From Candidatus Nanohaloarchaea archaeon (GTDB lineage: Archaea; Nanohalarchaeota; Nanosalinia; Nanosalinales; Nanosalinaceae), in contig JBLGBN010000010.1 of the NCBI GenBank assembly GCA_047617745.1, forward strand, positions 1-29,918: a stretch of DNA of 29,918 nt. The letters run 5' to 3'. Positions within the stretch are counted from its first letter, which is position 1, and every line of letters begins with the position of its first letter. Both the position numbers and the translations under genes were made by a program. The notes below the pieces were generated by a model. The model was not told the DNA's origin, ran no database searches, and saw only the letters and a list, made by a program, of their open reading frames with translations. Of the stretch, positions 16,424-25,639 are shown piece after piece.

Positions 16424-16999
16424 ATGGCAGATGAAGATTTGCTCAAAAACATCGATTTCTCCGACGATAAATATACTGTAAAGCAGAACCTAGTCCGGAA
16501 CAAGTACACAGTCTACGACTCAAGCGGAAACAAGGTTCTCGGCGCAAAGCAGAAAATGTTCAAGATGAAGGAGGAGTTCCCGTTCACGGACGCCGATGGA
16601 AACGTGGTTTTCCGGATAAAAGCAAAACGAAGACTGGATATCGCCGGAGACTACGGAATAATAGACGAGGCTACGGGCGAAACAATCGCTATACTGACCA
16701 AGGAGTTCTCGGTTCTGACCCATAACTGGAGGATCAAAGATCCTGATACCGATGGTTTAATCGCGTCGATCGAGAGCCGTGGAAAAGTGATGGGTCTGCT
16801 GAGATCACTGATTGATTTCGCTGAGTTCATCCCACATAAATACACTATCTACAACGCGGATAGAGACGAGATAGGGAAAATTAAGGGAAAATGGTCGCTA
16901 AAGGATAAATACGAAGTGGAGCTTGGCGAGCTTGGAAATATTCCGAGAGAGGCAGTTATATCTGCTGCAGTAACAGTCGATGCTCTGGAGGGAGAATAA
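16424..16999 (+). CDS. LURP-one-related/scramblase (tubby C-terminal-like) family protein
   Basis: YTVKQ...YTVYD..G..V...KQKMFKMKEEF.F.D..G..VFRIKA...DIAGDY...KGKWSLKDKY, ending in a hydrophobic helix AVISAAVTVDALE. Confidence 0.82.
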   Translation: MADEDLLKNIDFSDDKYTVKQNLVRNKYTVYDSSGNKVLGAKQKMFKMKEEFPFTDADGNVVFRIKAKRRLDIAGDYGIIDEATGETIAILTKEFSVLTHNWRIKDPDTDGLIASIESRGKVMGLLRSLIDFAEFIPHKYTIYNADRDEIGKIKGKWSLKDKYEVELGELGNIPREAVISAAVTVDALEGE

Positions 17000-17003
17000 A
17001 ATA

Positions 17004-17585
17004 ATGCAGATAAGAAATCTGTCAGAGAAAACCGAAGATTTTACCGGGAATATCTGGCTTATGCAGAACGGCGAAACTGTACTGATAGATGTGGGTAGAG
17101 GCGATTCATGGCAAGCCATTCAGGAGCTAGAAGAAGTGGATAAAGTGGTTATAACACATTCCCACTACGACCACGTGGATAATCTTCCGAAAGTTGAAGA
17201 CGCCTACCACCCGGAAATATACGCTTTTGACCCTGAAAATCTCACGGTGAAAGCTGAAAAACTGAAAGAAGGAGAGGAAATAGTTCTCTGCGGAACCAGT
17301 TTGCAGGTTTTCCACACCCCAGGACACAAAGACGACTCCATCTGTCTATACTCCAGAAAGGATAAGATTCTCTTCACCGGCGACCTGGTTTTCCCGGAGG
17401 GAGGATTCGGCAGAACAGATCTGGAGGAGGGAGATAGAGATCAACTGATAGACTCTATAGAAAAACTAGTTGATCTTGAAGTAAATGAAATGTACTGCGG
17501 GCATGAGCCAGCAACGAAAGAAGATGTAGAAGAGCAGATAGAGAACTCGCTGCAAGAGGCGAAGAAGAGGAAGCCCAAGTACTAG
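17004..17585 (+). CDS. MBL-fold metallo-hydrolase (glyoxalase II-like)
   Basis: LIDVG, THSHYDH, HTPGH, LFTGDLVF..GGFGRTDL and YCGH. Start ATG 17004, 4 nt after the previous stop. Confidence 0.92.
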   Translation: MQIRNLSEKTEDFTGNIWLMQNGETVLIDVGRGDSWQAIQELEEVDKVVITHSHYDHVDNLPKVEDAYHPEIYAFDPENLTVKAEKLKEGEEIVLCGTSLQVFHTPGHKDDSICLYSRKDKILFTGDLVFPEGGFGRTDLEEGDRDQLIDSIEKLVDLEVNEMYCGHEPATKEDVEEQIENSLQEAKKRKPKY

Positions 17586-18964
17586 AGTACAAAAGTAATA
17601 GAAAGATAAAGACCGAGCAGAGACGCCAGAAGCGTCGGAATAGCTATCTTCCAACCTATACTGAAGAACCCCCTGAATGTTATCTTCTCGCCATCATGAT
17701 TAACCATTTTCATCCACATTATACCTGCTAGAGCTCCTATAGGAGTGACTATAGCACCTATATTGCTGCCGATAACCAGGGCGTAAAGAGCGCCTAGACG
17801 TGTCGCACCTGCGCCGTAACCCGTTAATACTTCCGAGAAAAGCGCCGTCATAGGGATGTTATTGAGCAAATTGGCTGATAAGGTAGAAGCCACGCCGACG
17901 CCAAAAACTGTTTTAAGCAGATCTTCACCGGCCAAAACCTCAATCAAACCCTGTGCTCCAGATGTTAGACCGGTAACCATTGAGGCGTGGACAAGAACGA
18001 AGAACCCAATAAGAAACGGAACCACCTCCCACGGCATCTTCTGGTTTATCCTGTATATAAACAGTTCCTCTGCATCCTTTTTCTGTAAAACTTTCTCGAA
18101 AGTATCAGGCAGCACAAACAACACCAGAGAGATTAAAACCCAGACTAGAACTATATGCCATAACAGAAAACCATAAACAGAAAATACAGCCAGAGAAAGC
18201 AGGGTTCCCAGCAACAGTGAAGATGACAGAACCTCCCATCGATCGATCTTAAGATCAGGCAACTCCCTGCAACTATAACTCTCTGGGATCCTAGACCTGA
18301 AAACCCAGTAAAGAGAGATAAAGCAAGCTAAACCACCGGCTAGTCCAGGTATGACCATAACCTCTATGAAATTTAGAAAGCCTAGACCCTGTGAAGTAGC
18401 GACTATAATATTTGTCTCGTTTCCAATGAGGAAAACCATGCTGAATACATTAGCAGCGAAAAATTCAGCTACTAGGAATGGAACGGCCTCAAGATCAGTG
18501 AATCTGAGAAACTCGATGAGGAAGGGGGTGAAAGTCAGTATAAGTATATCATTAGACGTGAACAAAGCCAGGAAACCAGAAATCCAGAAAACAGCGAAGA
18601 AAAGCTTCCTGCCCGAACCGTCCACTTTCTCCAGGACTTTAACCGCAAGATACCGGAAAAAACCGCTGACCTCAAGGCACAGCGATACGAAGGCGACAGA
18701 CAGAAATAGCAGAATAGCCGAGAACGGACCAGAGTTATTCAGGAACGCTAATCCCTGAGAAAAACTGATTCCTGTTAAGGCGGTGTAAACCTGATTTAGA
18801 TCTATAACCCCTGTAAGAACCAGTGCAAAGGCGGCTGCGAAAGGCGAAATATAGTAAGGTATATCGAGAAAACGTGAACCTCTAAACTCTATAACTTTCT
18901 GGTTAACAAAGATAGAGACAACTGCTGTCAGAAAAAATGCGGATACCAGAAAGCTCTCCAGCAT
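17582..18964 (-). CDS. ArsB/NhaD (IT superfamily) anion/metalloid permease
   Basis: About 12 hydrophobic segments; SGFFRYLA, FTSNDILILTFTP, AAN..S..FLIGNETN, NLLNNIPM and GSNIGAIVTPIGALAGIMW. Confidence 0.88.
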   Translation of the reverse strand: MLESFLVSAFFLTAVVSIFVNQKVIEFRGSRFLDIPYYISPFAAAFALVLTGVIDLNQVYTALTGISFSQGLAFLNNSGPFSAILLFLSVAFVSLCLEVSGFFRYLAVKVLEKVDGSGRKLFFAVFWISGFLALFTSNDILILTFTPFLIEFLRFTDLEAVPFLVAEFFAANVFSMVFLIGNETNIIVATSQGLGFLNFIEVMVIPGLAGGLACFISLYWVFRSRIPESYSCRELPDLKIDRWEVLSSSLLLGTLLSLAVFSVYGFLLWHIVLVWVLISLVLFVLPDTFEKVLQKKDAEELFIYRINQKMPWEVVPFLIGFFVLVHASMVTGLTSGAQGLIEVLAGEDLLKTVFGVGVASTLSANLLNNIPMTALFSEVLTGYGAGATRLGALYALVIGSNIGAIVTPIGALAGIMWMKMVNHDGEKITFRGFFSIGWKIAIPTLLASLLGLYLSITFVL

Positions 18965-19004
18965 AACTGGAATTACCTATCTTGACTCAAAAACCTTTGT
19001 AGAA

Positions 19005-19658
19005 TCAAATTTTATCCAGGATATAGTCGGCAAGGTCCTGAAGTTTCTGATAGAGAATATAACATCCAACAGCCCCAACTATAACCAGAAGAACCCACGT
19101 CGAGGCAGTATCAATCCTTGAGGCAAGAAGTCTGAAGCCGTCGCCCGCATACCATCCGAACATTGCCAGAATAAAGTTGCGTGGCATCATACCGATAAAA
19201 CTCCAGATACCGTATTCCCTCCAGTCCATCCGGAAAAGCCCTGCGCTACCTGAGATAAGCGATAGCGGGACTATAGGTATCGCCCTGAACAGAGCCACAT
19301 AGTACTTCTCATTGCCGGAATCGAAATGCTCCTCCACTTTCTGGATATCTTCCCATTTAATATCAAGCCAGCGACCGTATTTCTCGATTACCGGTTTACC
19401 TCCGTAGTAAGCTATTGCAAAGACAAAGTACGAGCTGACAACCGAGGCAATCGAGGCAGGTAATGCAATATAGAAAAATGCATGGAACGCCGCGCCCAGA
19501 AACGTGGTTGACCCTATAAGAATAGCTCCAGCCGCCATCGGTATAACAGGGGAGGGGATAGGTACTACAACTTCCTCTATCACCATTCCAAGCATTACAG
19601 CTGCGATCCCGTTCTCCGAGATCAGTTCAATCATCTGAAGCGCTATTTCCTCAAACAT
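19005..19658 (-). CDS. DedA/VTT (SNARE-associated Golgi) family membrane protein
   Basis: IEEVVVPIPS, YYGG...IEKYG.W, F.RAIPIVP..LIS..AG..RM; SD GGAGG upstream. Confidence 0.92.
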   Translation of the reverse strand: MFEEIALQMIELISENGIAAVMLGMVIEEVVVPIPSPVIPMAAGAILIGSTTFLGAAFHAFFYIALPASIASVVSSYFVFAIAYYGGKPVIEKYGRWLDIKWEDIQKVEEHFDSGNEKYYVALFRAIPIVPLSLISGSAGLFRMDWREYGIWSFIGMMPRNFILAMFGWYAGDGFRLLASRIDTASTWVLLVIVGAVGCYILYQKLQDLADYILDKI

Positions 19659-19659
19659 T

Positions 19660-21123
19660 CTAAATCCCTCCGATTAAACCAATTATGTAATCCAGAAACC
19701 CTTTCAGGAACTGCTGGAAGCTGACCGTTGTCTGCTCTACCTGTTCAGTTACGCCTCCGCCCTGTGTTCTGTTCGGCATCTTTATCTCCCTGAATTCAAG
19801 CTGCGACCGGGAGGCATCCGGCTGTGCACTGTAAACCGGATAATCATGGTCGTTTATCTTATCCAGACACTGGTCGAACCTCTGTCTTGACTCGAAGTTG
19901 CAGGGCTCCATAACCATATGATCGGAGAGGACATCCCATTTCTGGTCCGGCGACTCAATGCTTTCCTCCATCGCTATCTGCGAGTAAAGATCTCTAACCG
20001 ACCCGTTATTAACCACGTAGTATTTTACCAGGAGTTCTGAATAAGCATATCCGAACTCACGCGCCTCTTCGCTCTGCCGCGGATTCCACGACCGCATAAA
20101 ATCCCTGTCGTTCTGGTAGTAACTCCAGAGCTGCTCTCTATCTCCCTGCGGTCTTAGAGTGTAGATATAAGTTCCGTCCTCCTCGTCAACCTTGTACTTT
20201 TTCTCCTCACCGAAGACTTCCCTCGTACCTGTGTGCACCCGGTCATTCCTGTAAAGTTTTTTCTTCATCAGGTATTCTGCATGTTCCGCTACTCCCTCAT
20301 CTAGATAAGTTGAATCGGTCTGATCCCATCTGAGGAACTTGTCGTTCAAACCATGGATTGTCTCATGGGTCAGGACAGGAAGATAATCATCTCCAAGATC
20401 ATCTCTGAGTGAAATAGTCCCTGAGACATACTCTCCTGAGCTCCAGCGGTTGATTTTCTGATTGTAGCTCCGGTTGTCCATCACGGCCACCGGGAAACGC
20501 TGAAAGTTCTGAACCAGGCCCGTTGTACCTACAGCAATTTCATACGCCTCGGTTGAATTGTCTCTATCCTCACCGAAGAACTCGTAGTACCTGTTTTCCG
20601 TTCCCTCTCCAAAGTTGACCCTGATATTGGTAGGGCCTTCACCGCTGAAACGAAACTCTTCATCCACGAAAGAACTCTTGAACCCGAAGCCCACCTTGCC
20701 TGAAACCAGATTCTCTACCTCAATTTTTCCTGTAGTAGTCTCACCGGTGAAGCTAGGGACGGACATTTTCCTGTAGTATAGCCCGTCATAAACTTCCTCT
20801 GCTGGCTCCTCAACTCTCATCTGTATCTTGACTGTTTCCTTGTATCTTTCCTCACGGTTTGTTGTAAAAGTGACAGTTTCCCCCGTTCTATCGTACTGTT
20901 CGATTTCGCCTAGACTGTCTTTTATCTCGATTATCTCCGCGTCCTCCGGCAGGCTCCAGCTCAAGCTCCAGCGGGATACGGGGCAGGGATCATCACACTC
21001 AAGCTGGATAGAAGTATTCATTCGTACAACTTCTTCATCCATCGTCCCCCGATACTGTATTTCTGCCGCCGCAGAAACTGTGAGAACCAGTGCCAGCGCT
21101 AGAAGGGTTAAAGTCTTTTTCAT
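19660..21123 (-). CDS. Secreted gluzincin-type (HExxH...E) zinc metallopeptidase
   Basis: Signal peptide MKKTLTLLALALVLTVSAAA; VLTHETIHG, then YLDEGVAEH and GYAYSEL; amphipathic C-terminal helix. Confidence 0.8.
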   Translation of the reverse strand: MKKTLTLLALALVLTVSAAAEIQYRGTMDEEVVRMNTSIQLECDDPCPVSRWSLSWSLPEDAEIIEIKDSLGEIEQYDRTGETVTFTTNREERYKETVKIQMRVEEPAEEVYDGLYYRKMSVPSFTGETTTGKIEVENLVSGKVGFGFKSSFVDEEFRFSGEGPTNIRVNFGEGTENRYYEFFGEDRDNSTEAYEIAVGTTGLVQNFQRFPVAVMDNRSYNQKINRWSSGEYVSGTISLRDDLGDDYLPVLTHETIHGLNDKFLRWDQTDSTYLDEGVAEHAEYLMKKKLYRNDRVHTGTREVFGEEKKYKVDEEDGTYIYTLRPQGDREQLWSYYQNDRDFMRSWNPRQSEEAREFGYAYSELLVKYYVVNNGSVRDLYSQIAMEESIESPDQKWDVLSDHMVMEPCNFESRQRFDQCLDKINDHDYPVYSAQPDASRSQLEFREIKMPNRTQGGGVTEQVEQTTVSFQQFLKGFLDYIIGLIGGI

Positions 21124-21177
21124 AACAGGATTTGTGCGGGGAAGGAATAAAAGAACTGTTGGAAAAATCTGAACTGT

Positions 21178-21762
21178 ATGGCCATATTATCGGATAAAGA
21201 TCTTAGAAAACTTATAGAGCAGGAAAACGCCGTAAAAGTCGAGGAAGGACCGGAGTTAAACCATGATCTCCAGATGGGTCCCTCATCCTACGACCTCCGG
21301 CTGGGATACGAGTTCGGAGTTCTGAATACACGGAAGATCGAGAAGATCGACACCAAGAACATGGAGAGATACAATAATTTTATCGAGACAGAGAAACATT
21401 CCGCGGAAGAAGGCGTGGTCATACACCCAGGCGAGTTCATCCTCGGCGGAACACTGGAAACACTTAACATCCCCAACGATCTTGTGGCGCGAGTTGAAGG
21501 AAGAAGCTCATACGGCAGATTAGGCATAATTGTACATGCAACAGCGGGTTACTGCGACCCTGGATTTGAAGGCGATATCACGCTCGAGATGCAGAACCTT
21601 GGAAACGCACCGGTCAAACTTTACCCGGAAGACAGAGTCTGCCAGGTAGTGTTTGAAACCATGACCTCTGAAGCCGAGAATCCTTACGGCGAGAAAAAAG
21701 ACTCCAAGTACATGGGACAGACAGGCGCGACCGGATCAAGACTTGACAGAGAGAAAAGGTAA
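21178..21762 (+). CDS. dcd: dCTP deaminase
   Basis: ILSDKD, PSSYDLRLG, IHPGEFIL..TLE, VEGRSSYGRLG..VHATAG..DPGFEGDITLE and KYMGQ. Confidence 0.96.
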   Translation: MAILSDKDLRKLIEQENAVKVEEGPELNHDLQMGPSSYDLRLGYEFGVLNTRKIEKIDTKNMERYNNFIETEKHSAEEGVVIHPGEFILGGTLETLNIPNDLVARVEGRSSYGRLGIIVHATAGYCDPGFEGDITLEMQNLGNAPVKLYPEDRVCQVVFETMTSEAENPYGEKKDSKYMGQTGATGSRLDREKR

Positions 21763-21765
21763 CAA

Positions 21766-22902
21766 ATGAACCTTTCAATCACAGAAACTCAGGACCCCGT
21801 CGAAAAAAGAGACGTTGAACTTGTTGAGCGGAAAGGCATTGGCCACCCCGACTCGATCTCAGATGGTTTAGCGGAGTCCATTTCTCGAGCACTGTGCAGG
21901 GAGTACAGAGAAAGGACAGGCGAAATACTGCACCACAACACTGACGAAGCGCAACTGGTCGCAGGATCAAGCAGCCCGGAATTTGGAGGCGGAGAACTTG
22001 CTGAACCCGTCTATATTTTACTTGCCGGTAGAGCGACAAAAGAGTTTGAGGATGAAAGAATACCTGTAGATCAGATCGCACTGGAAACAGCGAGAGACTA
22101 CATTAAAGACAACTTCAAGGTTCTCTCACCTGACCACATAGAGTTCGAATCGAAAATCGGTGAGACCTCCACCGACCTGAAAGACGTTTATGAGAGGGAT
22201 GTACCTCTTTCCAACGACACCAGCTTCGGTGTCGGCCACGCGCCTTACTCGGACACCGAGAAGGTGGTCAAAAATCTTGAAAAAAGACTGCTTAAGATCG
22301 AGGCTGTCGGCGAAGATATCAAGGTCATGGGGTTGAGAAATGATGGAAAACTCCAGCTAACTGTTGCTTCAGCGTTAATTGATTCAAGAATAAGCGGGAT
22401 GAAGGAGTACCGCGAGACAATTGAGAAAGTTAGAGAGACAGCAAAAGGGGTCGGCGAGAAAGTCACCGGGTTGAAAACGGAGGTAAACGTCAACACTGCC
22501 GACAACTATGAAGAAGACTCAGTCTATCTCACCGTAACAGGCACCTCTGCAGAGATGGGTGACGACGGTTCAGTGGGTAGAGGAAACCGCAGCAACGGAA
22601 TAATCACACCTCACAGATCCATGTCAATGGAGGCAGCATCCGGCAAAAACCCTGTAACACATGTCGGGAAAATCTACAACCTGACCTCTAGAGAAATCGC
22701 CGAAGAAATATACTCGGAAACCGGAGAGTTTGCACAGGTCAAGATGCTTTCCGAAATCGGTACAAGAATCGATCAGCCGAAGAAAGTCGAGATAGAAACT
22801 CAAGCAGAAACAGGAGAAGTAAATAGAATAGTTGAAAGAAAACTTGACAACATCCAGGAAATAACCGAGAAAGTGGTTGAAGGAAAGATTTCAACTTTCT
22901 AG
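21766..22902 (+). CDS. mat: S-adenosylmethionine synthetase, archaeal type
   Basis: VELVERKGIGHPD, HHNTDE, NDTSFGVG.AP, GEDIKVMG, YLTVTGTSAEMGDDG.VGRGNR.NG and GKNPVTHVGKIYN. Confidence 0.97.
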   Translation: MNLSITETQDPVEKRDVELVERKGIGHPDSISDGLAESISRALCREYRERTGEILHHNTDEAQLVAGSSSPEFGGGELAEPVYILLAGRATKEFEDERIPVDQIALETARDYIKDNFKVLSPDHIEFESKIGETSTDLKDVYERDVPLSNDTSFGVGHAPYSDTEKVVKNLEKRLLKIEAVGEDIKVMGLRNDGKLQLTVASALIDSRISGMKEYRETIEKVRETAKGVGEKVTGLKTEVNVNTADNYEEDSVYLTVTGTSAEMGDDGSVGRGNRSNGIITPHRSMSMEAASGKNPVTHVGKIYNLTSREIAEEIYSETGEFAQVKMLSEIGTRIDQPKKVEIETQAETGEVNRIVERKLDNIQEITEKVVEGKISTF

Positions 22903-22951
22903 CTCTACAAAGATAAATAAAATTCAACAAGACACCTTGTTTGAGAGCTAT

Positions 22952-23224
22952 ATGAACCAAGACCTGAAAGTTCTGTACACAATAAAGGCGGGCGCAGATG
23001 AACTGAAGTATGATGGAGAAACAAAAGTTGAAGACTACCGACATAAATACAGTGTTCTAGGTACAGGAGTACAGAGCCAGCTTCCTTCCGGTGTAACTTC
23101 TATGATCATAGGTGAGGAAAAAGCCGAGTATCAGCCAGCCAATAAACACCGCGGGGTTCTCAGAACTACAAAACCTATCGAAGAACTCCTATCCCCTGAT
23201 AATGAAGGAAACAGTCTGCCATGA
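22952..23224 (+). CDS. Hypothetical protein (about 90 aa)
   Basis: ATG 22952 (MNQDLKVLY) and a TGA that overlaps the tatD start (ATGA). No motif recognised. Confidence 0.5.
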   Translation: MNQDLKVLYTIKAGADELKYDGETKVEDYRHKYSVLGTGVQSQLPSGVTSMIIGEEKAEYQPANKHRGVLRTTKPIEELLSPDNEGNSLP

Positions 23225-23961
23225 AACCTGTAGACAGCCACTGCCACCTGGACTTTGAAAGATTCGACGGGGACAGGGATGAGGTTATAGAGAGGAGCAA
23301 GGAGGAGCTCGAGTTCGTGGTGAACGCCGGCAGCAGCATGGAGAGAAACCGGAAAGTGCTGGAACTCAGCGAGAAATATCCGGATTTCGTTGTCCCAAAT
23401 CTTGGTCTTCACCCTACATACACCGATAATTTTGGGGAGGTAGATGAGATAAAAAAATTGATTAGAGAAGAAAACCCTCCAGCCATCGGCGAAATCGGAT
23501 TAGACCACCATCACGTAAAGAATACCAAGCTCAGGGAAAAACAGGAGGATATTTTCCGTGAAATGCTGGAGCTGGCAGAAGAACTGGATAAACCTGTTGT
23601 GATCCATTCCCGGGAGGCTGAAGAAAGAGTGTTTGAGATAGTTCAGGATTACAGTATACCATCTATAATGTTCCACTGTTTCAATGGAACACCCGAACTC
23701 GCGGAGAAAGCCACTGAACATGGCATAAAAATCGGTGTGACAACACAGGTACTCTACTCAGACAGAGTTCAGAGTATAGTCGAAAAAATCTCTATCGAAG
23801 ATATGCTTCTTGAGACTGACTCCCCATTCCTGTACCGCGGAGACCGCAACGAGCCGAAAAACGTGCACGAAAGCGCGGAGAAAATCGCAGAGATAAAAGA
23901 AACAGGTAAGAAAGAAGTGGTGGAGAAAACTACCGCGAACTCTGTGGAACTCTTCCGCTGA
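23221..23961 (+). CDS. tatD: TatD family Mg-dependent DNase
   Basis: DSHCHLD, LGLHP, IGEIGLD, VIHSREA, FHCFNG and LETDSPFL...RNEP. Confidence 0.96.
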   Translation: MKPVDSHCHLDFERFDGDRDEVIERSKEELEFVVNAGSSMERNRKVLELSEKYPDFVVPNLGLHPTYTDNFGEVDEIKKLIREENPPAIGEIGLDHHHVKNTKLREKQEDIFREMLELAEELDKPVVIHSREAEERVFEIVQDYSIPSIMFHCFNGTPELAEKATEHGIKIGVTTQVLYSDRVQSIVEKISIEDMLLETDSPFLYRGDRNEPKNVHESAEKIAEIKETGKKEVVEKTTANSVELFR

Positions 23962-24006
23962 ACTAGAAAGGTTATTTCTTTATAACTTACTGAAGCAGGT
24001 GTAAGT

Positions 24007-24471
24007 ATGGTAATCGGAAAACTGAAAGGAAAAGTCGAAAGAGAACCCAGCGTAGCCGTATTTGTTGATGGGCCTAACGTTATTAGGAAACAGTTCGATC
24101 TCGATCTTGACGCACTTCGAGAGGATATAAGCGAGTTCGGCGAGATCAAGATCGGGAAGGTATTTCTCAACCAGTATGCATCCGAGAAACTTATAGAGGC
24201 AATAGTTTCACAGGGATTCGAGGCAGCACTCGGGCTTGGAGGGGAAAAGGACAAGGAAAGTGATGTCGACGTCTATATGGCTGTCAACGCTATGGACGCA
24301 GTCTACAACGATAATATAGACGTGATCGTGATAGTCACAAGAGACGCGGATTTCCTCCCGGTCATACAGAAGGCCAAGGAAAACGGCAAGGAAACAGTAG
24401 TTGTCGGTATGGAGCCAGGCTTTTCCACAGCGCTCCAGAACGCAGCTGATAACGTACTTGAAATAGAGTAG
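24007..24471 (+). CDS. NYN-domain (LabA/DUF88, TIGR00288-like) PIN-fold protein
   Basis: VFVDGPNV, SDVDVYMAV.AM, TRDADFLPVI.KAKENGK and GFSTALQNAAD. Confidence 0.9.
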   Translation: MVIGKLKGKVEREPSVAVFVDGPNVIRKQFDLDLDALREDISEFGEIKIGKVFLNQYASEKLIEAIVSQGFEAALGLGGEKDKESDVDVYMAVNAMDAVYNDNIDVIVIVTRDADFLPVIQKAKENGKETVVVGMEPGFSTALQNAADNVLEIE

Positions 24472-24477
24472 ATAGGA

Positions 24478-24792
24478 ATGGCACCTGTTAAACCCAGTAT
24501 AATTGGAATATTTGACATTCTTGCAGGAATACTTCTGCTTTACACAGAATCAGCTATACCCACAGTTTTCGCCGAAGCACACGCAAGTTTCCTGATATTC
24601 AAAGGTCTAGTAACACAGTTCCCTATACCGCCTATTATGCCGCTTTTCGTAATCGGGAACGCAGCGGATATAATCTCGGCAGCAATAATATACACCGGTA
24701 CACCCCCTGTTCTTGCTGGTTACAAGGAAATAATAGCTCTTTTCCTGCTCCAGAAAGGGTTATTCGGGCTGATAAGTATGCTGAGCTACTGA
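24478..24792 (+). CDS. Small integral membrane protein with an internal repeat
   Basis: Hydrophobic 104 aa; two similar halves (G.FDILAGILL...LIFKGL and G.ADIISAAII...LLQKGL). Confidence 0.78.
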   Translation: MAPVKPSIIGIFDILAGILLLYTESAIPTVFAEAHASFLIFKGLVTQFPIPPIMPLFVIGNAADIISAAIIYTGTPPVLAGYKEIIALFLLQKGLFGLISMLSY

Positions 24793-24947
24793 CTGTAGCT
24801 GTTGATAAGCTCCTCAACCATTCTCTTCTTTAGAAGACCAGAATCAGTTTCCTCATCAAAATCGTCTTTGATATCCTCAAGTGATTCAACTTTTTCCTCA
24901 TCGGAGAGATCTTCAAAATCTTCCGGCAACTCTGACTCTATATCCAT
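24786..24947 (-). CDS. Small 53-aa acidic protein (not in ORF track)
   Basis: MDIESELPEDFEDLSDEEKVESLEDIKDDFDEETDSGLLKKRMVEELINSYSQ*. Starts 4 nt after the stop of 24952-25557; typical acidic composition. Confidence 0.7.
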   Translation of the reverse strand: MDIESELPEDFEDLSDEEKVESLEDIKDDFDEETDSGLLKKRMVEELINSYSQ

Positions 24948-24951
24948 TTTG

Positions 24952-25557
24952 CTAGCGTCCCAGTTGTTCCAAGTTGCGGTTAACTCTTTTCAAAAGCTCG
25001 ATTATCTGCTCGTTCTGCGACTTCAACTCCTCGAAATCGTTTCGCTGACCTGAAACAGGTTCGTTCCTTCTTCCACGCCCCTGTCCCTGGTTGCCGGAAC
25101 TGAAACCAGCATTTTCCATCTTTTTCTGGGTCTGACTGCTTACCTGCGGGCTTGATGAGCCCTGCTGAGGTCTGCCTGCCTGAGCGTTCGGATGGCTGTT
25201 TCTACCTGAGCGTTGCTGCCCATTACCTTGATTCATATTCTGGCCCTGATTCCGGGGATTGGTGTTTCCTGTACGGGACTGATCCCGAGACGGAACATCG
25301 TTCCCATGCCGGTTTAGCTGTCCTGAACCACTGTTACCGTTCCTGCCTGACTGATTTCCGGAACGTTGCTGAGGTCCTTGATCGCTACGCGGGTTAATAC
25401 TATCGGAGTTATGGGAGATATCGTTACCAGATCCAAGATCCGAGTCAAAATCCCCTCCATCAAAACTAGAAGAATTCTGTGAAGACCGGTTATTCGACCT
25501 GCTGGAGGAGTTATCTGATCCTCCAAGAGTATTTTTCAGGTCGTCAACAACACTCAT
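24952..25557 (-). CDS. Low-complexity N/S/G/Q/R-rich disordered protein with a C-terminal coiled coil
   Basis: About 160 aa almost free of hydrophobic residues; C-terminal heptads DFEELKSQNEQIIELLKRVNRNLEQL. Confidence 0.8.
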   Translation of the reverse strand: MSVVDDLKNTLGGSDNSSSRSNNRSSQNSSSFDGGDFDSDLGSGNDISHNSDSINPRSDQGPQQRSGNQSGRNGNSGSGQLNRHGNDVPSRDQSRTGNTNPRNQGQNMNQGNGQQRSGRNSHPNAQAGRPQQGSSSPQVSSQTQKKMENAGFSSGNQGQGRGRRNEPVSGQRNDFEELKSQNEQIIELLKRVNRNLEQLGR

Positions 25558-25639
25558 ACAGAGTTTAACCCTGTTCTTGTTGAAAAGGTTACCGGCGTTT
25601 CACGAGATTTTAAGTACAATCTAGGGTAATCAAACTACT

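Noticed and set aside
23221..24471. TatD plus NYN as an anti-phage or toxin module
   Set aside because: Both are widespread archaeal housekeeping-type families, and no defence-island markers are nearby.
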